From NCBI GenBank assembly GCA_964513845.1, contig CAZENT010000001.1, forward strand, positions 149,278-213,277: DNA of 64,000 nucleotides, read 5' to 3'. Below the pieces are notes generated by a model, which was not told the origin of the DNA, did no database searches, and worked only from the letters and a program-made list of their open reading frames with translations. Source of the DNA: an uncultured Pseudomonadales bacterium (GTDB taxonomy: Bacteria; Patescibacteriota; Microgenomatia; UBA1400; MFAQ01). A program made the translations under genes and the position numbers. This document shows positions 39,015 through 47,083 of this stretch, piece by piece. Numbering within the stretch: the first letter of the stretch is position 1; each line of letters starts with the position of its first letter.

Positions 39015-40484
39015 TTAGGGGGCAGGCGTGGCGGCAGGAGCAGCGACTAATCCGTATTGAGACAGAACTTGAATGAATCCGCTATTTAGGGTGGAAAGTG
39101 ACTTAGCTGAGTCTTGGTTTTGGGCTACAGCGTTGACGGCATCTTCCAGATATTTTATTAGGCGTGAGTTAAGGGCGGTTTTGGCATCTCTGGTGTTGCT
39201 GGCGGTGTAGAAAGTGCGAGCCGTGTCTAGGCTTGTTACGTAGGGAGCAACGACAGGATTGTTTTGAGCTAGATTAGCCACGGCTTTATTTGCCGGTGCT
39301 TGGGGATACTCTCTGTCTGCCAGTGCAGCATCAAACAAAATTTGTTGAGCTTTGGCTGAGGCTAGGAAACTAATAAATTTCCAGGCTTCCTGAGGATGTT
39401 TGGAGTTTTTACCAACAGCTTCAAACCAAAACGAGGTCCAGTTGACGGTATCTGAGTCCGGAAGTTGAGGAACGGAAACGGTTTGCCAAGAAAGAGAAGG
39501 GTTGATCGCCTTGATCTCCGGTGCCCTCCAGATGGGAGCAATAATCATAGCAACCTTTTCATTGGCAAAAGCAACGGTTGAGGGTGGCATGGTGTCATCC
39601 CAAACTCTGTGCTTCGTAACAAAATCAGTGTAATAGGTAATTGTGGCAGCAACTTCGGCACCTTTTAGATCGGTGAGCTTAACACCTGCCTGAAGAAGCA
39701 TTAGACTTACGATATCGGACCAGTTGTCTACATTGGAGGTGTTCCCTAGAGCAATACCGGCGCGATTTAGCCTGCCTGTAAGCGGATCAACTTCTTTGAG
39801 AGTTTTGGCGGCGGTAAGAACATCTTCCCAGGTTTTGGGCGGAGTAAGTGATTTTTGTTGAAACATGGCGTTGTTTACATATAAAGCAAGCCCGTCCATA
39901 GCAATAGGAACACCATATACCTGAGTTCCAGAAACTAACATCTTGGACACAATGGGGTAAAAATTGGTGGACATTTCTGTAGCCGAAACAGAGTTGGCTG
40001 GAGCCGGAAAAAGATTCTTGGCAAATAAAGGAAGCCAGGTGGAATGAAGCCTGACAATGTCTGGCGAGCTTTGACCCTCGAGAGCGGTTTTGAGACGATC
40101 TTGGTAATCTTGAGGGCTTTGTAACTGATAGCTGATTTTTATACCTGGATTTTGTTTCTCGAACTCATCAATAACTGGCTTCATAACCGATGATGGCTCC
40201 CAAAGTCCGTAATAAGTAAGCGAAACGGTTTGCCCTGAAGTAACAGATTGAGAAGTTGATTTTGAACCAAGAAGTTTGGAAACACCAAAAACTATTAGCC
40301 CAATTACGATAACGCCGGCGAGGATAGGAAGAATAATTTTGAGCGGAGAAGGCTTAACAACGGGTGGCTTGGCTGAGTCTGGAGCTTGATAGCTGGGTGG
40401 TGGTGGAGTAGCTTCTTCCGGTGTGGGTAAAGGAGTTACATCCCCTGGTGTTGATGGTCCTGGAATTGGGAATTGATTGTCCAT
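39015..40484 (-). CDS. Extracellular solute-binding protein (family 1, sugar-type) with a Pro-rich cytoplasmic tail and TM anchor; orphan (no permease nearby)
   Basis: SBP_bac_1-like core (SLTYYGLWEPSSVMKPVIDEFEKQNPGIKISYQ) preceded by N-terminal PxxP repeats and a TM helix. Confidence 0.55.
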   Translation of the reverse strand: MDNQFPIPGPSTPGDVTPLPTPEEATPPPPSYQAPDSAKPPVVKPSPLKIILPILAGVIVIGLIVFGVSKLLGSKSTSQSVTSGQTVSLTYYGLWEPSSVMKPVIDEFEKQNPGIKISYQLQSPQDYQDRLKTALEGQSSPDIVRLHSTWLPLFAKNLFPAPANSVSATEMSTNFYPIVSKMLVSGTQVYGVPIAMDGLALYVNNAMFQQKSLTPPKTWEDVLTAAKTLKEVDPLTGRLNRAGIALGNTSNVDNWSDIVSLMLLQAGVKLTDLKGAEVAATITYYTDFVTKHRVWDDTMPPSTVAFANEKVAMIIAPIWRAPEIKAINPSLSWQTVSVPQLPDSDTVNWTSFWFEAVGKNSKHPQEAWKFISFLASAKAQQILFDAALADREYPQAPANKAVANLAQNNPVVAPYVTSLDTARTFYTASNTRDAKTALNSRLIKYLEDAVNAVAQNQDSAKSLSTLNSGFIQVLSQYGLVAAPAATPAP

Positions 40485-40549
40485 AATAAAATATCAGCTA
40501 AAATAGTAGAGTTGGATTGTACACCACACTCTATTAGAGTATAGCAAGA

Positions 40550-42265
40550 ATGAATAAATTTAAAAACCTGATATGGATACTGGTAATCAGTATTTTAGCG
40601 ATAGGAGCGGCTTATGCCGGATATCGTCTGGCGTTTAGAAGTCTAATTTTTCCAAAAGTATCCGTGGCCGGAATTGCCGTTGGAGGCATGGATAAAGTTA
40701 CAGCACTAAAGCTAGTTAATAAATATTTCACTACAAACCCGAACTCGATAATACTGAGAATAAATGAAAAAGAGATCGATAACCTGGGCGAGATAGGTGT
40801 CGTGCGTGATTTTAACTGGGCTGTGGAACAAGCTTTTATGGTAGGACGAAATGGTAATCTACTCACCCAGATTGCAGAGCAGTTTAATACACTCTTTTAC
40901 TCTAGAGATATATCTGTGCCGATTAACTACGATGAAGAAGAGTTGGCCGGACTTGTCGACCAGCTAGCAACTGATTACAACCAAAAACCTGTTTGGCCAA
41001 AATTGACGGTTGAAAACAATGTAATCGTGGCTGTTCCCGGAAAAGACGGTATTGAGATTAATAAGAACGCTTTGGTTGGCGACGTAAAAAAAAGCTGGTC
41101 TTTACCAGACAAACAAATCGTGGATGTATCTCGTGAAGTTGTATCGGTTAAGGAGAATAAAGAGTTGGTGAATCAAGCAATTTCATCATTAAATAAATGG
41201 GGTGATAAAAAGTTGATTCTTAAACAAGAAAATTTTGAAACTAGCTTGGAAAAAAATGAGATGATGTCTCTTTTTGGGCTCAACAAAGAGTTAATAAATG
41301 AAGATCAGTTTAAAACTTTAATGGCCAGAATCCAACAACAAGTGGAAACAGACCCAAAAGATGCGGTGTTTCGCTTTGAAGGAGGAAAGGTGCTTGAGTT
41401 TAAGCCTGAGATCATCGGAAGGGTGATTGATGTACCGGCGTTCAATGAAAAATTAGCTCAAGCTTTAATTGCGGCCGACAATGAAGTGTTAGAAATTCCA
41501 GTGATTGTGTCTTACCCAAAAATTAAAGCAGAAGATGTTAACAGTTTAGGAATTAAAGAGTTATTAGGAGAAGGAAAATCGTCTTTCTCACACTCGATCC
41601 CTGGAAGAGTTTTTAATGTGAATCTGGCCTCTTCACGAATTAACAGCACGGTTGTGGCTCCAGGAGAAGTGTTTTCTTTTAATAACTCTGTGGGTGATAT
41701 TTCAAGAGCATCTGGTTATCAGTCGGCATACATCATTAGTGGAGGTAAAACAGTTCTAGGTGATGGTGGTGGAGTATGCCAAGTGTCAACAACGGTCTTT
41801 CGAGCTGCTTTGAATGCCGGATTACCAATTACCGAGAGAAAAGCTCATGCGTATAGAGTTGGTTACTACGAACAGGACAGCAAGCCTGGAATTGACGCGA
41901 CAGTGTACAACCCAACAGCTGATTTGAAGTTTGTGAACGATACCGGAAATCATATATTGATTCAAACAAATGTCGATACAAAAAATTACAAGATGAGTGT
42001 GCAAATTTACGGAACAAAAGATGGAAGAGTGGCAATAGTCTCTGAGCCAAAAATTTCCGGACAGTCGGCTCCTCCAGCAACTTTATATGTCGACGATCCC
42101 ACTCTCCCTCTCGGGCAGATGAAACAGATTGATTGGTCGGCTTGGGGAGCAAAGGTGTCTTTTAACTACAAAGTGATGCGGGGAACTGAAACTGTTTTGG
42201 AAAAAACTTTTTACAGCAATTATCAGCCGTGGCAGGCGATTTATCTTAAGGGGACGAAGATATAG
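40550..42265 (+). CDS. VanW-family protein
   Basis: GGGVCQVSTTVFRAALNAGLPITERKAHAY is the VanW core; an N-terminal TM is present. Confidence 0.8.
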   Translation: MNKFKNLIWILVISILAIGAAYAGYRLAFRSLIFPKVSVAGIAVGGMDKVTALKLVNKYFTTNPNSIILRINEKEIDNLGEIGVVRDFNWAVEQAFMVGRNGNLLTQIAEQFNTLFYSRDISVPINYDEEELAGLVDQLATDYNQKPVWPKLTVENNVIVAVPGKDGIEINKNALVGDVKKSWSLPDKQIVDVSREVVSVKENKELVNQAISSLNKWGDKKLILKQENFETSLEKNEMMSLFGLNKELINEDQFKTLMARIQQQVETDPKDAVFRFEGGKVLEFKPEIIGRVIDVPAFNEKLAQALIAADNEVLEIPVIVSYPKIKAEDVNSLGIKELLGEGKSSFSHSIPGRVFNVNLASSRINSTVVAPGEVFSFNNSVGDISRASGYQSAYIISGGKTVLGDGGGVCQVSTTVFRAALNAGLPITERKAHAYRVGYYEQDSKPGIDATVYNPTADLKFVNDTGNHILIQTNVDTKNYKMSVQIYGTKDGRVAIVSEPKISGQSAPPATLYVDDPTLPLGQMKQIDWSAWGAKVSFNYKVMRGTETVLEKTFYSNYQPWQAIYLKGTKI

Positions 42266-42477
42266 AAGTTAATCTTCTCGTTTCTTCCGTGCATATCCAT
42301 ATAAAAAACCAGATGCTCTTTCACCCAGCGTGAAAGCCATCTATTTTTTGCAGCCGAAAATTCTTGGAGTACCAAGAAACCAGGCTTTTCGGCTTTGCGC
42401 AATATTTTTTATATTGGACATGCACTACGAAACTACGAAGATGTTATTAGGTGTTCGCCTTGATATAAAATAGTGGA

Positions 42478-43506
42478 ATGAAAATATTAGCCATCGAGAG
42501 TACTTGCGATGAAACTGCGGCAGCGGTGGTGGAAAATTGTGGGGCGGGAGTAAAAATTCTATCCAATGTGGTGGCTAGCTCGATGTTGATGCACCAAAAA
42601 TATGGCGGAATTGTACCGGAAGTGGCTGCGAGAGAACAAATAAAAAGCATTGTGCCCGTAATCACGGAAGCTGTCGGCGAAGATAAAGATAATGTTCAAG
42701 GAATTGCTGTGAGCTACGGTCCGGGATTAATGGGGAGTCTTTTGATGGGAGTGGAGTCTGCAAAAGCCTTGGCTTGGGCTTGGAGCAAACCTCTTTATTC
42801 TGTAAATCACATGGCGGCGCATGTTTTTGCCAACTGGATTGTGGAAGAGGAGCTTGGAAGCGTGCCAGAGTTCCCTTGTGTTGGCTTGGTGGTGAGCGGG
42901 GGGCACACTGATTTAGTCTTAATGAAGAACGTGAAAGATTGGCAGTGGATTGGTGGAACTCGTGATGATGCCGTTGGGGAAGCTTTTGATAAAGCAGCTA
43001 GGCTTCTTGGACTGCCCTACCCTGGCGGTCCCGAAATATCTAAAGCAGTAGAAAGAGTCACCGAAGAAATGAAAGAGAAATTTGGAAACAAATATAGATT
43101 GCCGCGACCACTTTTGAATGAAGACAGTCTTGATATGAGTTTTTCAGGATTAAAAGCAGCGATTTCGAAAGTTGTGACTGGGCTTGAAAAAATCGATGAT
43201 GAAACTCGCGATATGTTGGCCTGGGAGTTTTCGGAAGCAGTAATTGAAATACTGGTTAAAAAAACCATGAAGGCGGTAGAAATATACAGACCAAGGAGTG
43301 TATTGATGGCCGGAGGTGTAGCGGCAAACAAACAGCTTCGAGAAAAGTTAAGGCTGGAAGTGGAAAATTCCGAGAGAAAGTTTTTTTGTCCTGAACTAAA
43401 ATATTGTGGAGATAATGCGGCCATGGTGGGAGCTGTGGCAATACTGTCTCCTCATGAAGTAAAAGTGGCGGAGTTAAAACCAGATCCGAGTGTGGCTACG
43501 GTTTAA
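42478..43506 (+). CDS. tsaD: tRNA N6-adenosine threonylcarbamoyltransferase TsaD (Kae1/Gcp)
   Basis: MKILAIESTCDETAAAVV with the HMAAH / GVAAN metal-binding motifs. Confidence 0.9.
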   Translation: MKILAIESTCDETAAAVVENCGAGVKILSNVVASSMLMHQKYGGIVPEVAAREQIKSIVPVITEAVGEDKDNVQGIAVSYGPGLMGSLLMGVESAKALAWAWSKPLYSVNHMAAHVFANWIVEEELGSVPEFPCVGLVVSGGHTDLVLMKNVKDWQWIGGTRDDAVGEAFDKAARLLGLPYPGGPEISKAVERVTEEMKEKFGNKYRLPRPLLNEDSLDMSFSGLKAAISKVVTGLEKIDDETRDMLAWEFSEAVIEILVKKTMKAVEIYRPRSVLMAGGVAANKQLREKLRLEVENSERKFFCPELKYCGDNAAMVGAVAILSPHEVKVAELKPDPSVATV

Positions 43507-43527
43507 AAATGGGGTTAAAATAATGAA

Positions 43528-43983
43528 ATGATGGATTCATCTTCAGAAATTGTTGGGGGTTTGGGAGTGGCTAAAAACACAGAAGAGCCAAAAACAATAA
43601 TTGATGGTTTGAGCGAAGTGCCTGAGAACATTGTACAAGAGGAAACAATTGGAGATTTAGGAGTTACCTTAGAAGATTCTCCTGTAATTGAAGTTGAGGA
43701 ACCTCTAACTGGAGACTGGATAACTATTGGACTCATAGGCGTTAAGCGACCTAATCCCGAGTTTGTTTCTGAAGATGAGGCTGTAAACTTGTTGGATGAG
43801 GTATTTCTTAAATTAAGAAAGGTGGCTGGAATGAAAGATGAGCTCAAGAAACAATTTGGTGATTTGTCTGACAAGTGTATTGATTTGATAAATAAATTGA
43901 AACGAGGGGAAATGTCTGCAAAAGAAGCGTTGAGCCAGCTTGATGGGGAAAAACAAAATGATGATAAAATAGAGGAGCGTTGA
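43528..43983 (+). CDS. Acidic hypothetical protein
   Basis: ORF only; no motif recognised. Confidence 0.3.
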   Translation: MMDSSSEIVGGLGVAKNTEEPKTIIDGLSEVPENIVQEETIGDLGVTLEDSPVIEVEEPLTGDWITIGLIGVKRPNPEFVSEDEAVNLLDEVFLKLRKVAGMKDELKKQFGDLSDKCIDLINKLKRGEMSAKEALSQLDGEKQNDDKIEER

Positions 43984-44096
43984 TCGAGGCTTGTCACTTC
44001 GGGAGCAAGGGAAGAAATCAAAGAAAACTTTTATAGATTCCGGATCAAGTCCGGAATGACTTTGAAACTAGAACCCAAATAAACAAGTACAATACG

Positions 44097-44161
44097 AGGT
44101 GGTACCGCCTGAAATGGCCCTCGTTAGTCCCCTTCACCGGAGATTAACGAGGGCTTTTTTT
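44097..44161 (+). promoter_or_regulatory. T-box-like antiterminator/terminator element in the valS leader
   Basis: GAGGTGGTACCGCC (T-box core, consensus AGGGUGGNACCGCG, with UGGU to pair a tRNA with A73) followed by terminator GCCCTCGTTA-N18-TAACGAGGGC-TTTTTTT. The 5' half of the terminator can pair with the T-box to form the antiterminator. Confidence 0.6.
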
Positions 44162-44214
44162 AATATAGAATTATTTATATAGATTTCGGGTCAAGCCCGG
44201 AATGACAAAGAAAA

Positions 44215-46302
44215 ATGAATAAAAATTACGACCACACACAGTACGAAGATAAACTCTATAAAACTTGGGAGGAAAGTGGCGTGTTTACTCCCCCGACAGG
44301 AGAAGAGTTAAAAAAGAGCGGTAAGAAACCTTTTACAATTATCATGCCTCCACCCAATGCAAATGACCCATTGCATATTGGGCACGCGATGTTTGTGACG
44401 ATTGAAGATATTTTTATTCGCTTTCATCGTATGAAAGGTGAGGCTGCCTTGTGGCTTCCAGGCACGGATCATGCAGGAATTGAAACACAGTTTGTTTTTG
44501 AGAAAAAGCTAGCCAAAGAAGGCAAGAGTAGATTTGATTTTGATCGTGATGCTTTATACAAAATGATTTGGGATTATGTAAAGAAAAATGGAGAAGTGGC
44601 CATCAACCAAATGAAGAAGTTAGGAGCGACCGCTGACTGGAGCAGATATAAATTTACGCTCGACCCTGAGATTGTGACCGAGGTAATTAATACTTTTAAG
44701 AAGTTACACGAGGACGGGCTAATCTACCGGGCCGAAAAATTGGTGAATTACTGTACTAAGTGCGGCACTGCGTATTCTGAGCTTGAGGTAGAACACCAAG
44801 AGAGAGAGGACAAGATTTATACGATCGACTATGGCTTATTGAAAGTGGCCACTACAAGACCCGAAACCATGTTGGGTGACACAGCTGTAGCTGTAAACCC
44901 TAAAGACAGTAGATTTAAAAATTTAATTGGCAAAACGGTTACGGTGCCGCTTATTAATAGGGTGATTCCCATCATTGGAGATGAAATGGTGGATATGGAG
45001 TTCGGGACAGGAGCAGTAAAAATTACTCCAGCACATGATCCAAATGACTGGGAAGTTGGAGTTCGACATAATTTGGAAACAATAGCCGTTATCGGCACAA
45101 ATGGAAAAATGACGAGTGATGCGGGTGAGTATGCCGGACTATCGGTGGCTGCTTGCAGAGAAAAAATATTAGAAGATTTGAGGATCAAGTTGGTGGAAGT
45201 AAAACCATACTCTCACAGCGTGGGTGTTTGTTATCGCTGCGGACGCACGATTGAACCGCTACCTATCAAACAGTTCTTTATCAAAGTAAAACCCTTGACA
45301 GAAAAAGCTTTGGCTGCTCTCGACTCAAAAGAGACCAGAATTCTAGGTGCGGGAAGAGACAAGATTTTGCGTCACTGGCTAACGAACCTCCGCGACTGGA
45401 ATATTAGCCGACAGATTGTCTGGGGAATTCGTATGCCTGTATGGTACAAAGACGAGAACAAAACTGAGTATGTGGTTTCGGAAATATCGCCAGGCGAAGG
45501 ATATATTCAAGAAACAGATACTTTTGATACCTGGTTCTCTTCCGGTCAATGGCCCGTGGTTACTTTGAAAACAAATAAACCCGGAGATTTCGAAGCATAT
45601 TATCCGACTGACATTATGGAAACTGCATACGACATTCTCCCCTTCTGGGTGATGAGAATGATGCTTTTGTCTATTTACTTAACTGGAAAATCACCGTTTA
45701 AGTATGTATATCTTCATGGTTTAGTGCGAGATGAAAAAGGACAAAAAATGAGTAAGAGTAAGGGAAATGCAATTAATCCCCTTGATCTGTGCACAAAATA
45801 CGGCACAGATTCAGTACGTATGGCTCTGGTGATGAGCACCACGGCAGGACAAGATAGTAATACGGGTGAAAATAAAGTGCGAGGAATGCGAAATTTTGGA
45901 AACAAGATTTGGAATGCAGGAAGATATATTGATGAGCTTAAGAACCCAAGAGCTCAAGAGCCAAAGGATGAAGAGAGTTTAACTGTTAAAACCAATACCG
46001 GTGAAAAAGATGAGGAGTTCAAAATTAAACTACTGAGCGTCACCAAAGAGATAACCAAGCTCCTTGATCAGATGAAGGTTGGGCTGGCGTCTGAGACGGT
46101 CTACAACGAGTTCTGGCATTGGTTTTGTGATGAGGGTATTGAACTGAACAAGCAAAAACTAGTTAGTGACACGGCTTTGAATGAGGGATACAAAACAATG
46201 CTAGCCCTGCTCCACCCGTTTGTGCCTTTTGTAACTGAAGCAGTATGGCAAGAAATGTATGCAAATGAGGGAATGTTAATCTCATATTCGTGGCCAAAAT
46301 AG
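44215..46302 (+). CDS. valS: Valyl-tRNA synthetase (short form lacking the C-terminal coiled-coil)
   Basis: PPPNANDPLHIGHAM (HIGH), TDHAGIETQ, KMSKSKGN, and a ValRS-type editing domain. Confidence 0.75.
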   Translation: MNKNYDHTQYEDKLYKTWEESGVFTPPTGEELKKSGKKPFTIIMPPPNANDPLHIGHAMFVTIEDIFIRFHRMKGEAALWLPGTDHAGIETQFVFEKKLAKEGKSRFDFDRDALYKMIWDYVKKNGEVAINQMKKLGATADWSRYKFTLDPEIVTEVINTFKKLHEDGLIYRAEKLVNYCTKCGTAYSELEVEHQEREDKIYTIDYGLLKVATTRPETMLGDTAVAVNPKDSRFKNLIGKTVTVPLINRVIPIIGDEMVDMEFGTGAVKITPAHDPNDWEVGVRHNLETIAVIGTNGKMTSDAGEYAGLSVAACREKILEDLRIKLVEVKPYSHSVGVCYRCGRTIEPLPIKQFFIKVKPLTEKALAALDSKETRILGAGRDKILRHWLTNLRDWNISRQIVWGIRMPVWYKDENKTEYVVSEISPGEGYIQETDTFDTWFSSGQWPVVTLKTNKPGDFEAYYPTDIMETAYDILPFWVMRMMLLSIYLTGKSPFKYVYLHGLVRDEKGQKMSKSKGNAINPLDLCTKYGTDSVRMALVMSTTAGQDSNTGENKVRGMRNFGNKIWNAGRYIDELKNPRAQEPKDEESLTVKTNTGEKDEEFKIKLLSVTKEITKLLDQMKVGLASETVYNEFWHWFCDEGIELNKQKLVSDTALNEGYKTMLALLHPFVPFVTEAVWQEMYANEGMLISYSWPK

Positions 46303-46316
46303 AATTAATACAAAAA

Positions 46317-46341
46317 GACCCGCCTGAGCGGGTCTTTTTTT
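46317..46341. terminator. Bidirectional intrinsic terminator (GACCCGC-CTGA-GCGGGTC) between valS and rplY
   Basis: 7-bp GC stem flanked by AAAAA and TTTTTTT. Confidence 0.7.
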
Positions 46342-46355
46342 GAGTTACTAATTTC

Positions 46356-47045
46356 TTATTCTTTAGGAGTTTCTTCGGACTTGGCTTCACCTTCAGCTGG
46401 TTTTTCACTTTCAGCGCCTTCTGCTGGAGTTTCGGCACCGGTTGCATCTTCGGAAACTTCTTCGGTAACGAGAGGCTCTTCTTCTTTTTGAGGTTCTTGT
46501 AGAGAGACAACCATTTGTTCAGGGTCTGTCTTGATTTCAACTTCAGCACCAACTTTGGCATCGGAAACCAAGAGGTGATCGCCAATTTCTTTCAGCGAAC
46601 TGATGTCAAAAACGATACTTTCCGGAATTTCAGTTGGTAATGCTTCAATTTCAATTTCATTTAGAGATTGAGAGAGAACGGCCATGTTGGACGAAATCAG
46701 TTCTGACTCACCAATTATTTCAACAGGTACATTGGCGGTAACTTTTTCTTTAAGATTGACTTGGTGAAAATCAACATGCATTTTGTCACCAGTCATTGGA
46801 CTGAAAGCGACAGAAGTAACAAGGGTGGGGCGTTCTTTGTCTTCTCCTTCGACCTTAACCCAGATAAGACTGGTTTCGCCAGCTTCTTTGTAAACACGAT
46901 TGAAGTCGACGGCGTTAACTTGGATGGCCTGACTTTCAATGGTTTTTCCAAATAGATTGGCTGGTACAATACCTGTTCGGCGAAGTTGTTTAACCTTACT
47001 ACCCAGAACGGTTCTTTTGTCGGCTTTCAATATATACTTTTGCAT
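46356..47045 (-). CDS. rplY: 50S ribosomal protein L25 / general stress protein Ctc with an acidic C-terminal extension
   Basis: MQKYILKADKRTVLGSKVKQLRRTGIVPANLFG matches the L25 N-terminus. Confidence 0.8.
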   Translation of the reverse strand: MQKYILKADKRTVLGSKVKQLRRTGIVPANLFGKTIESQAIQVNAVDFNRVYKEAGETSLIWVKVEGEDKERPTLVTSVAFSPMTGDKMHVDFHQVNLKEKVTANVPVEIIGESELISSNMAVLSQSLNEIEIEALPTEIPESIVFDISSLKEIGDHLLVSDAKVGAEVEIKTDPEQMVVSLQEPQKEEEPLVTEEVSEDATGAETPAEGAESEKPAEGEAKSEETPKE

Positions 47046-47083
47046 GAGTCGTATTGTAACTTATTAGCTTCAGCTAATCAAGT

